Assembly (NCBI GenBank): GCA_051294905.1 | Contig: CM119372.1 | Location: forward strand, 4,156,001-4,216,000 | DNA length: 60,000 nt | Reading direction: 5' to 3' | Source of the DNA: Botryllus schlosseri | Lineage: Eukaryota | In this document: positions 13,201 to 24,500 of the stretch, piece after piece | Position numbering within the stretch: position 1 is the stretch's first letter | How the letters are laid out: every line of letters begins with the position of its first letter | The notes under the pieces: generated by a model | The model's input: only the letters and a program-made list of their open reading frames with translations | Told to the model about the DNA's origin: nothing | Databases searched by the model: none | Made by a program: the position numbers and the translations under genes

Positions 13201-16200
13201 GAGGTCGTTCACTCTTTCATTTGTGTCTCAGAGTTGTTGTTTAACAAAATACGCTGACCTAGTTTGTGACAACAGAAAGAGTTTGTGTATAATCTAAAAT
13301 AGTACTTTGAGTCGAAACCCCCTGTTTGCCTCTATTATTCGAAACTTCATGCCTGTGTCGACTTGTGTCGTCCTATTTGGTGATACGGTTGTTGATATTC
13401 AAAGTTCACTTGAAACATCTACCAGTTCCTGACGATTTCCCCTGACGCGTTTCAGTCGAAATTATTTGGGTTTATTTCAATATGCATACCATTATTCAAT
13501 TGTAAATCTCTATATCGGCTAACTCAAGGCGATCTTTTTTGAGTAGTCATGTGATGTCATCATTCGTACAACTGTTCCGACAAGAGAAAGGGTCTTCATT
13601 AGTGCTAGCTTTATGAGGACCAGGACCAGTTCTACAAATCCCTGACGAGGACCACAGGAATTTACTCGTCAGTTAATTCTCTCGTTTGTGAGACATAGGA
13701 AAGGTGCGAATGCGGGGATATTTTCCCTCAAGGGGTGTATTCTAATGTCTGCCACCTACACTAATCAGGTTCACGTTGTCTCGATAATTTAAGTAGAATT
13801 GAGTATATTTAGTGGCTTAAGATTGTAACCATAATAGGCGGTTCTATTGTCTTCATCAACTCGAGACACAATTTACACTGCGATATACAAGACACAGCGC
13901 TGTGCCGATTGCTATTCCACTCCTGTTTACTTAACGATTCATGTTTAGGATTCCATGGAACTGCAGCACAAGCAATCCAAACCAGTTGCAGTCACGTGCA
14001 TGGCATTCCAACCCAACAACGTCAATAACTTTTCCGTGGGTGCCGAAGACGGCTCGGTGTATTCCGCTTGCCGGCATGGAAGGTGACACTTTTCTATGCG
14101 TTCTCAGCTACTCTACTGTCAGACGGTCAAAGTAGTCGGGCTTGACACTCGGGTAATAGTACAAGTAAAGTAGAAGTAGCCATTTCCAAGTCGGCCTGTC
14201 CGACTCAAATTTGTAGAAGTAGAAAATGAAGTTGTAAAAGAAGTAGATAAAGTCGCATACTTTTAGCATCTAATCCGAGGTCACCATTTCTAGAATTGCA
14301 AGATTAGTTTTGCGACTAATGCAAAAAGACCACTCGCCAATCGGTGCAATTTTTTTGCAATATGTTCGGATACCGTGTTACAGACGCTATTTCGCTAGGG
14401 TTACGATATGTCCTATTTTAAGGGGAATGAATAGTCCTCTTTTTTCAATAAATGAACAGCGTCCTTGGAGGACGCTCAAATGTCCTCCTTTTTTGGAATT
14501 TGTCCTCTTCTTTTGGAAAAAGTGTTTAAATTCTTGCCGAAGTTGGACTCCGTCACACTGAACGCCAGGGTTGGCTAAAAACAAACGAAAAATACAGCCG
14601 AACGGCTATTTCGGGAGCGAGATCGGAAAAATCACCTTTTTTTCAAGTCAACCCAATACTATTACTCGAAAAAGTTTCCAAAACAGCCGTTTTCTCCTCC
14701 GGTATTATAGCTTTTCAAAGTTTTAAAAGTTGTCCTCTTGTTCGAATGTCAAAATATGGCGACCCTACATATCGCAAGTTGTTACGGCAAATTCAGTGTG
14801 CAAACAGTGGGCAAAAGTATGTAGTTTTAACTAAAAAGCTGTTCAGTAGAAGTGACCGTGTCCAAACAAAAAATTTTTAATCCAAATTTTGAAAAGTACG
14901 TGGTTTTGCCTAAAAACTAGTCGAACAGAAGTGGGCGTAATCTACTTGAGTCAGTAGGCAAAATCTAGTTGAGTATCCTGAAAAGTGGGAGTACTTCGTT
15001 ACAGACCAACTACTGCTCATCCTAACGACAGACCAACTACTGCTCATCCTAACGACCTTGACATTTTTAGTAAAACCGGAATCAGCGACGCCTTCGACGG
15101 TCATTACGGTCCTGTGACCGGGGTGGATTTCCATCGCGCCACGGGACAGTTGGACTTCTCTCATTTATTTTTAACCTCGTCGTTTGACTGGACGGTGAAA
15201 TTGTGGTCGCTGAAAGTAAGATGTCCCGGTTGTTTGGTCAACATCTTACATTGTTTAAAAATGTCTGTGTTTGTGTAGAACAACAGTAGAAAATGCCTGC
15301 ACTCGTTTGAAGATAATAACGACTACATAATGGACGTCGCGTGGTCGCCTACGCACCCTGCCATGTTTGCCAGCGCGAACGTGTCGGGTCGCATTGATTT
15401 GTGGAATCTGAATACTGATACAGAGGTATGGGGCTGACATTATTACACCAAGCAATGCGAAATGACGGTAATCTATTCTTATCTATGAAAGGTTCCTATG
15501 CTCTGATTTAATTTCAGATCGAATTTCTTGTTTTTCTGAAAATGCTACAGGAGAATTGGATAGTGCGAAACCGGCCAAGCTTGCTGTACAGAAATTTTCC
15601 ATTCCCGTGCTTATGGGAATGACTTTTATTTGATATGAACTGAAATTCAATATCGTGGTATTTCTTTCTAGCCTGGAATTCAATAATTTAATTGAATAAT
15701 TGAAATCCTTGTCTAATTACGCAAAAAGCTGTATAGCTGTAATTTTAACCCTAATTTACCTAACTGTGGGTATGGGTTGATCCTTATGTAAGAGCTCGAA
15801 CTTGTTTGCTACACAGCATGTTTTGTTCTGCAGATTCCGGCAGTTTCGGTGAATACTGATAGTGGCGCGGCCGTCAGCAGAATTAGATGGAACCCGGCTG
15901 GTACACAAATAGCCGCTGGCGACGATATGGGGACTGTGCACGTGTTCGACATTGGAGAGGTAAAGATTTGCCATAGACAATAAGCCAGTCTGTCGGATCG
16001 ACGTTCAGATTCTATGTCGTTCCTGTATCGAGGACATATATAACGGCTGACCAGTGACCAATGACCAGAGGTTGTTAACGTAATCAGTGTTGGTACTCAA
16101 GTAAAGGTAGAAGTAACGCCACTAAACTTGACTGAATTTCAAGTAGAAGTAGTCATATCCAAGACATCAAAACTACTTCAAATTGTAGTTGAAAACGAAA

Positions 16201-17250
16201 GTTATCAAAACAACTAAAGTAGGTAGTCTCAGAAGTAGATTTGGTTGAGAGGTCGCATAATTTAAGCAGTTAGTCATAGATGACAGGGCTGTAACCAAGT
16301 CACATGGTTCCGAGTCGCAAGTCAATCCCACTTTTGTTGTTTTGACTCGAGTAAAGTCCAAGTCCTCGAGCAGTGGTCCGAGTCATTCTGTTGGCTGTCC
16401 AATTTCGAGTTGAAATCTTGTCAAACCCACTTTTTGTAACTCTGCTTGGTGATATGGAATGTTTCGTATTCATCATATAATAGTTTTCCTCACATTAACA
16501 GTTTCTGGTCGCATTTTCTAGTACCATGTCAATAGACGAAATACCAATCGTGTGGTAACTTTACTATTCTTCGAAATTACAATAAAATGGCCTGTCTTGG
16601 CCGTCTGAGTCTCGATTCATATGACTTGGTCCGAGTCATGCGCAATGACTTGAGTACAAGTCGAGTCAAAACAGATATTGACTCAAGTCGGGTCGAGTCA
16701 TTGTCCGTATTTCAAGAAAATGACTAGAAACAATTCGAGTCACCAAAAAATTGCGACTCGAGTCATTACAACCCTGGTGAAGGGCTTATTTTGAAATTTC
16801 AGGAAGCATTTTCGTGACTGACAAAAATTGGCTAATGGCAGTATGGCACTACGGATAGGTGCAATATTTTAAATTATGTTCAATTGTTTGGTTCCCATGA
16901 TACATGGGTTAATTCACCCAATAGTTGTGACAATTTCACTCATTAAACTGATGTAAGCATATCCCTATACTAACTAAAAGCAAATAGTTTTGCAAAAAAT
17001 TGTGAAGTGGAAGTACTCTAAACAACCATTTGATAAGTGCTATAGGTAAAAGCTCAAGAACTTTACTTGACCACTTCTGCCAATGACTATGTCAGTACCA
17101 GATATATTTACACTATATAATTGTTTTTTTTTACAGCAAATTGCTTCTCCGCGTAGTGATGAGTGGTCTCGTTTTGTGCACACGCTCGCAGAAATTAAGA
17201 GTAATGAAGCGGACCAAGAGGAAGGTTCAGCACACAAGCAGAAATTCTAA
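4269..17250 (+). CDS. DYNC1I: Cytoplasmic dynein 1 intermediate chain (WD40), 15 coding exons, ~595 aa
   Basis: Exons: 4269-4361, 5432-5537, 6119-6197, 9107-9228, 9289-9369, 9934-10087, 10147-10246, 12550-12656, 12719-12884, 12947-13060, 13949-14082, 15071-15215, 15279-15425, 15834-15959, 17137-17250. All introns are GT-AG and the frame is continuous. Motifs: N-terminal [15 protein letters not shown] (p150/NudE-binding helix), LC8 site SYAKETQTP, roadblock region RELSEEEK...FMERAL, and WD40 repeats [29 protein letters not shown] and [12 protein letters not shown]. Confidence 0.96.
4840..5001 (+). repeat. Probable retroposon 3' tail (AATAAA followed by a (CT)n microsatellite)
   Basis: GAATAAATTCA is followed directly by (CT)~10 at 4982-5001. 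The left boundary is uncertain. Confidence 0.35.
6931..7827. mobile_element. Palindromic MITE with ~55-bp inverted ends, interrupted by a family-A MITE
   Basis: GCGCTTCTTCGTTTTCCGATCGCAACAAGCCAGTGTTCCCCCATGGCACC matches GGTGTCATGGGGAACACTGGCTTGCTGTGATCGTACAACAAAGAAGCGC in inverted orientation. Internal TAGGGTT/AACCCTA motifs are present. Confidence 0.65.
7170..7701 (+). mobile_element. hAT-type MITE, family A (GACTCGAGTC-rich)
   Basis: TIR CAGAGTTGTAA...TTACAACCCTG with an 8-bp near-TSD TCCACCGC/CCCACCGC. Homologous copies occur at ~16284-16776, 22507-23037, ~25666-26127, ~30708-31034 and ~33437-33977 (inverted). Confidence 0.85.
10459..11712. mobile_element. hAT-type MITE with (GGCTCC)n subterminal repeats
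   Basis: Perfect TIR CAGGGCTTTGGAGC...GCTCCAAAGCCCTG and perfect 8-bp TSD CTGGAGAG (10451-10458, 11713-11720). Confidence 0.92.
10606..11285. mobile_element. Charlie-like hAT MITE nested in 10459-11712
   Basis: Ends TTGAGGTGGCCAACC...GGTTGGCCATTCCTG, TSD GTCTATAA/GTCTATAT, and GGCCCGCG subterminal motifs. Confidence 0.75.
12195..12472. mobile_element. Small palindromic MITE (TACCGAGAA/TTCTCGGTA repeats)
   Basis: CAATACCGAGAAAACCATTGCCGAGAA is inverted against TTCTCGGTAATGGTTTTCTCGGTATTG. Confidence 0.6.
13190..13495 (+). mobile_element. Degenerate Penelope-like 3' end (GIY-YIG C-terminal remnant plus pLTR)
   Basis: CAACAGAAAGAGTTTGTGTATAATCTAAAATAGTAC matches the [12 protein letters not shown] end of the 28122-28557 ORF. 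It is followed by pLTR sequence with a decayed hammerhead (CTGACGC at 13442). Confidence 0.7.
14396..14767. mobile_element. hAT (Tip100-like) MITE
   Basis: TIR TAGGGTTACGATAT...ATATGGCGACCCTA with near-TSD TATTTCGC/CATATCGC. Homologous to 39913-40240. Confidence 0.75.
15001..15054 (+). repeat. Perfect 27-bp tandem duplication next to a splice acceptor
   Basis: ACAGACCAACTACTGCTCATCCTAACG occurs twice, ending 16 bp before the exon at 15071. Confidence 0.95.
16284..16776 (+). mobile_element. hAT-type MITE family A
   Basis: CAGGGCTGTAACCAAGTCA...GAGTCATTACAACCCTG; homologous to 7170-7701. Confidence 0.8.
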
Positions 17251-18580
17251 ATACTGCTACGTCCTCACTATGATACAAGCGAAACTGATCATGTTGTGTA
17301 TTGTCATGTGTGTGTAGGTTCAATATTTGGTGGCTTGCATTTATGTAATGCTTGCTGCTTGAATGTATGGAAGGCGAATGGTTGACAGCCGTAACTACTT
17401 CGACGCATGAATTTTCTGTTCCCTAAATATATATAATACGTTTAACAACTTGTATTGGCTCAGTTACAGTTGCATAGGGTTACCATATTTTGGTAATCTG
17501 AAAAGAGGACACTTTTAAAATTTCCGTAAGGTAGCCTAGTTGCAGGGTTTCAATAGTTCGTGTTCTTGATTGTACTGGATCGAGGTAGAATGATGCCTTG
17601 TGTGGTGTTGGACGACAGCAATATCTGTCACGAAGGTTTTGAGTGGGCATCCTAAGTTGTGTAAGAGAAGGCTGTGGCTCAGTCTGAAAGTTGTATCGTT
17701 TCTTATTTTCGAAGGAACTTGGCGTAGTAGTAAATTCAGGCCTCGGTGAGTTTTCGGCAGCAGCACATTCCGGATTGTCAGATGTTTATACGGGTTCCCC
17801 CTCCATCACTGTTCTTAGAGAAAAAATCAGGCAATAGATCCGGTTGAGGACGTATCAGTTAAATAATATTTTCATCATTTCAAAACTGCGATACAATGAA
17901 AACATAGGAAGGTGTCGAAACGACTTGGAGTAGCCATTAAGATCAGACACCCACCTTAGCGTAGGCGAAGTAAATAAGAGGCATGCACTGCACACTGAAT
18001 GAAAAGTAATGCAGAGAATATAAGACACAGCGACAAAATGAGGTGGCATGTGAACGAATGAAAAAGAGCAAAAAAAAACATCCGAAGAGATAAATTTCAA
18101 ACACTGCTCCATCGGTCTTTAGGCTGAGGTGGATGCTAGATTAAGAGACCTAATTTGGTCATTGCAGAGTCCTTCTGTCTCTTCATTACATCGTATTGTG
18201 TCCTGCGTATCGCGTTCTGCATGGTATGTCTTGAGCGGATAAAAATATTGGAACCGCCGATTATCGTGTTGAAATCTGACAATGATATGTATACTCGAGT
18301 CGTATTAGAATTGTCATATTTTGCGAGAAACCGAAAACCAGAATATAAACAGTATACGCATATTTTTGTCTAGTTTCAATATTCTGGTCCTAATCATTCA
18401 TCAATCACCCCAGCGTTTTTCGTTACGGTCGGGTGAATTTGATATGCAGCGGGGCTGTGTTTACTTTTTGTAGGTGTAGGGCAGATCCAACACAATAAAA
18501 ACAGTTTCGTATCTTTGTAAAATGCTGAAACGCAGCTGTGTGTTGCAGTCAACAAAGAGTTGATTAATAGAATTTTCAAA

Positions 18581-21500
18581 ATGGATCACGATGCTGTTGG
18601 TCGGGGAAAAATCGGACTTACCACGTTTACAACAAGTCCAATACCGCACAACAAGTGTGGCAGTGATGGACTGCCAGTTACTCCGAATTCCATCAAAGTT
18701 CTGGGAAGGTTTGAAAACTAATTATATTGCCTATGTGCATCATGTTATATGCTATCGTTCGTGTTATTCTAGATTAATATTGCTTGACCTGTAATCTAGT
18801 TCTGTGAAGAAACAGTCAACTGGAACTGGCGACTCAAACAAATTGTCTTGAATCGTTTTGTAACTAAACTGACTGAAGTCTTAATTCAGGCAGAAGCGAT
18901 AAATGTCTTATGAAGTCTCTACTTCTTAGTTGTGGTAACATACCATTTATACTATTGCTAACAAAATTATCTGTGCCTGTGTTGATGTCCTTATGTCCTA
19001 ATAATCATCATCTTAATTCATCTTAATTATTTACATCAATTCTTATTTTCCAGGGCTCAAAGGTTCAAGTCTTTCAGACACAAACATTTATGCAAATATC
19101 TGGATTTCTGCCGAGGAAAGCATGACCGTATGTTCTGTATTTCCGAATATCACGAAAACAGCATGCTGAAACTGATCCCAAAGCAAAGGTCCGCAATCCT
19201 CAGTGAATGGTATGTTTCAATGTTAATTGAACTATCATCAACACATCATTATTTTTTTTCATTCCTATATTTTCAGGTATCGTGTAATCACCAAAATTGC
19301 GTATGAAATATTAGATGCTTTGGTGTTTTTGGACTTCAATGATATTGTGCATCACAATCTACATCCCAGTAATATTCTGATTAATGCCGAGGTGAGGTTA
19401 TGTTTTAATATTCATAGTGGCCGGACTCATGATTTCTAGTCTTACTGCCTGCACTCAGTTCAAATCATCAAGCTTTAGGCCTGAGACTTCAGAGATGAAT
19501 GAAACATCTGATATAGAATTCAAAATGTTGACAATTTACGCGAGTCCTATCCACTTTTGCACTAGGGCATACATTTTTCTAAATTTTAAAGCAGTTCAAT
19601 GTTAGGTCAGAATATCATTATGTAGATGTGAGCTGCTTGAGGTTCATAGCTTTCGATCAATCTGGATTTCAGCTGGAAATGGTTCCACTTCCACCAACAA
19701 TTTAAAGATGTTCATAGTTTTTTATTCAAATTGTTTTCAAATAAGATTTGGTCATGACTAAATATTAATGGTTGCTAGACCAGAGTTGTGAAGTAGAATT
19801 TTCAGCTTTTCAAAATTAGGTTAGAAATAGAATGACGACAAACATTTTTTTTAGATTAGAGGATTAGAATCAGGCCTATAGCTATGTACAGTGTTTTTTG
19901 TGTTTCGAATTAGATGAGAATTAGAATTGCTGAATTCACGAAAACTGGGGCATTCAATAAAGTTCAGTTCATATGAAATCACAATTCTCTTAAACATGAG
20001 AATAGCAAATGTCTGTACAGCAAGCTTGACATGTTTTGCACTGTACAGTAGGGCTCTCCAAAAATGACTTTTTTTCTCAAATGGCACTGGCTACTTGATA
20101 AAATTGTTAGGTTACCTAATTTAAGCCTACACACAAAATTTGGTTGAATTCCAGCCAGTAACCGCTTTGCTACAGGAGAAGAAAGTTTCTATTTATTATA
20201 TAAAAATAAATATTAAAAAATTTGAAAATTTTCTGTTCACCCCATGAAAGTGTTAGGCTGTCTATAGAAACGATGCTGACCAAATTTGGTTCCATTCCAA
20301 CCGGTGGAAGCGGAGTTATTGCCGTCGAAAAATTTTGATTTGAATAAAATAGTATTTACGGTGACCGATTCTTTGTTTATATATTATAGCTGTGCTCACC
20401 GTAAATACTATGTTATTCAAATCCAAATTTTTCGACGGCAATAACTCCGCTTCCACCGGTTGGAATGGAACTAAATTTGGTCAACATCGTTTCTATAGAC
20501 AGCCTAACACTTTCATGGGGTGAACAGAAAATTTTCAAATTTTTTATTATTTATTTTTATATAATAAATAGAAACTTACTTCTGTAGCAAAGCGGTTACT
20601 GACTGGAATTGAACCAAATTTTGTGTGTAGGCTTAAATTAGGTAACCTAACAATTTTATCAAGTAGCCAAGTACGATTTGAGAAAAAAAGTCATTTTTGA
20701 AGAGCCCTACTGTACAGCTCCCCTGTAGTATTTCCAGGATCACCAGAAGTTAGATTAGAAACGCAGAAAAATTTTGCAAATTGGATTAGAATTAGAGTAA
20801 AAAAACATTTCACAAATTAGATTACTAGATTACTTGCATTATGCTATAATTATTTAGTTGTCCAAGTCCGCTTGCCTGTAATGGTACCATAAATTATCCT
20901 CAAAACATTTAGGATTCCGTACGACTATATGCGTATGGCCTCTACTACATGACTGGGTGTGGACAAGAGGTGTCTTTTCCAATTGGTTTCCCGGCATACC
21001 TTAGTCCCGAAGAGATTTTGCGAATCGGCGGACACTATCATCCAACTTGCCAATATGCATCGGGAAAAATTGATGTCTGGTCTCTTGGGATACTATGTCT
21101 AGAACTCTGCTTGGTAAGTAACTGGTATGATCGTAACATAGTGGTAAGAGCCCATGCCATCTCAGTAGGACTTCGTAAAATCGAGTGACTTATTGATTCA
21201 TTTATTCAAGTACCAATCATTATGGCATCGCATGTAGTGAGATTGTTGAAATGTCTGCTTTCTATGCGTCACACACCAGTGTTGGGATGACTCGAGTCGC
21301 CTTTTTCGTATGACTTGACTTGACTCGAGTCACTTTACTAAAATGACTTGACTTGACTTGACTCGGGGTATCAGAAAAGTGGATTGACTCGTGACTCGGA
21401 GCAAAATTCACGAGTCAATTTCAAGTCATCAAGTAATCGGTGTCGATAAATATCACTGTATCTTCCATATGTTCGAATTGCTCGCGAAACGCCTCCATTG

Positions 21501-24500
21501 TTCTCTCACAAATAAATTGACCGCAAACGAAGTGATCGAAGCTTACAGCTTACGTTGTCGAAAACTAGTATAGAGATTTAGCAAAATGATATAGTATAGA
21601 AATTTAACAAAATGACTATTTGTTCTCTCACAAATAAATTGACCGCAAACGAAGTGATCGAAGCTTACAGCTTACGTTGTCGAAAACTAGTATAGTAAAG
21701 AAATTAACAAAATGACTATTTCTGTTCTCTGTTCCAAACCTCTTGTTTTATTTAAATAGAATTATAATATAGTTTATATAGTCCTCAACCATTGGCCTAG
21801 GCTCGGATTGTATCATATCAATTTGTAAAGGGGTATGTATGGCATCTTATCCATTCGGTTTTGTATTCTCTATTTTGGCTGGTAACTATAAACTGATGCT
21901 ATGCAATTACTTACGTAGTTTAACAGTGCTACGAATATGTGAGCGATACAGCCCCTTCTTGCGTGTAAATTTAAGTCTATATCCGTTCATCGGTTCAGAA
22001 TCAATGACCACTCAATATGTATTTCAGAGATCTAGCAAAATTCAATGATGTAATTATGCCTCATATTCCGAAAAGGCAACTTTGACTTGAATTGTGACTT
22101 GACTTGACTTGACTCGACCTGACTCGAGTCACCTCCAAAAATCGAGTGACTTGACTTGACTCAAGTCACCTTCGAAAATCGATTGACTTGACTTGACTCG
22201 AGTCAAAATGTTCAATGACTCGAATTGACTCGTGACTCGAAGGTAGTGACTTGATCCCAACACTGTCACACACACGTAAAAATATATTGTTTGGCCCGAC
22301 AAAGAAAATATTGCATCTTTCATCAGAATTACTTTGATTTCATAATCGTAAGTCTTTCATGGCGATGCTGCAAGTCGATTAGCTTTTGGAAATTACACTT
22401 CCGTTAACACAACATGCAAACTGCATAATCTGGTGTTGAATGCAGTGTTGTCAAACAAGTCACAAGGTCCCTAGTCACAACTCAATTCTAGTTTTATAGT
22501 TTTAACCAGAGTTGTAACCAGGTCACAAGGCTCCGAGTCACAAGTCAATCTCACTTTATAGTTTTGACTCGAGTCAAGTTGAGTCATTTTCAATTCACCA
22601 CCGAGTCAAGTCCGAGTCAAGTCAGCGATCAGAGGGTCGAGTCTGAGTTATGGTATAATAACTCGAGTCCAAGTCATTGTGTTGACCGCTCAGTTTCCAG
22701 TTAAAATCTTGTTCACCCACTTTTTATAACTCTGATTGGTGATATCGAATGGTTCGCATTTATAACATACTAATTTTCCTCACTATTAGCAGTTTCTGGT
22801 TGCATTTTCAAGTATCAGCACCAATAAAAGAAATCCCAATAGTGTGGTTACTTCACTATTCTTCGAAATTACAATGAAATGTTGGTCTTGGCCGTCTGAG
22901 TCTCGAGTCATATGTCTTGGTTTAAGTTATGTGCAATCAATGACTCGAGTTGAGTCATTTCCGTATTTTGAGTAAATGACTCAAGTCAAGTCGAGTCTTC
23001 AGAAAATCGTGACTCGAGTCGAGTCATTGCAACCCTGGTTTTGACTCGAGTCAGTTTCAATCTACCATCGAGTCCAGTCCAAGTCGGGGTTTAAAGGTTA
23101 GAGTCCATATCACAGCGTTGAGACTCGAGTCCAAGTTGTTGTATTTACTGTTCAATCCTGTTCAACTGACTTTTTTACAACTGTTTGGGTGATATTTAAT
23201 TCCTTGCATTCATAATATAGTAATTTTCCTCAATTTACAGAGTTTTAGGCCTATTTTCAAAACAGGAGCACTGATAGACGAAATACCAATAATGTGGTAA
23301 CTTTACTATTCTTCGAAGTTTCAATGAAATGCCCGTCTTGGCAGTCCTAGTCTCAAGTCATATCAATTGGTCGACTGAGTCTTGAGTTTTTGGAACAAGT
23401 GAAATTACCTTGTTAGTGACCAGTGACCCCTCCTGAGCTATAAAGCACTGGTTTTCAAATGTATTATATCGGTTGTGTGTTTCAGGGTCGGCAAATTTTT
23501 GACGATGAAGATGTTGAGCGTACGTGCGAGGAATTGCTATGCTTGATTGGCTCCGATCGCACCAGCGTGACCAACTTATTAGAGTGTACAGGAGATGAGC
23601 AAATGAAGCTGATATACAATGCCATACCTGATCAGTTGAAATTGTTCATTGAAAGTTGCCTCGAGGTTGATGTGACAAAACGGTAACTATGTTATATGTT
23701 GGATACTGTGCTGGGTTAATGTAGTAATGGATGGTGATCTAAAATAATGCATTAAACATGAATGTTCTATTCGCCCAGATTATTCGAAATTTCATTCCGG
23801 GGACGTCATATTTTGTGATACGATTGTTGATATACAATATTCTTTCCAATTCTCTACTAGTTGCTGTTATTTACTACCTCTGACTAGTGTCAGCCGAAAA
23901 TATTCATTTTTTTTTTCAACATGAATATATCATTCAATTGTGTGTTGATATTTTCTCTGTAATAATATAGTCTACTGCAGTGTAAAATTTTATCATTAGA
24001 CCATCAGCCAAACAGCTGCTTGCCTTCGACCTGTTCTCAACAATAGAGCAGAAAAATATGAAGACCCACGGTGAGCGGTCCACGTTATTTACAAACGGGT
24101 GCGATTGTTCCGGCCTGGAATTACCCACTTCGAAGGACACAGCTGCGGCAAGACACATGGGTTAGCTCATTCGCTTATTCGTTGTGTCATTTTCGAAAAT
24201 GTACTGGACAGCATGAAATTTTTTACAGAACCAGTCCTGGAACTGGAATACCCCGAAATTTGGCACTTGTGGAAACTTGCCGGTGGCGATGTGTTCACAG
24301 AAGTCCGAAAAAGCAACACGGTCCATTCTGTCCCGCCTATTTTAGATTTACCCCTGTGAGTATCCGAGTGTTTTCACTTTTGGAGCTGTGCTGTTGTGTG
24401 TATGCTGTATATCTCCCAGTCTTGAAAACAAATTGCAATTTATGTGAAAGCTGTTCATATCTCTATAGGTACATTAGATGGGTAATTCTGTCTCTGCAAA

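Noticed and set aside
13641..13672. Additional hammerhead at CCTGACGAGGACCACAGGAAT
   Set aside because: It has GAAT instead of GAAA and no stem I or stem III. CTGACGAG simply pairs with the downstream CTCGTCAG as a small hairpin.
18581..24060. Active protein kinase in TBCK
   Set aside because: The catalytic loop reads HHNLHPSN and DFG is replaced by AYG. This is consistent with the known pseudokinase state, so it is not novel.
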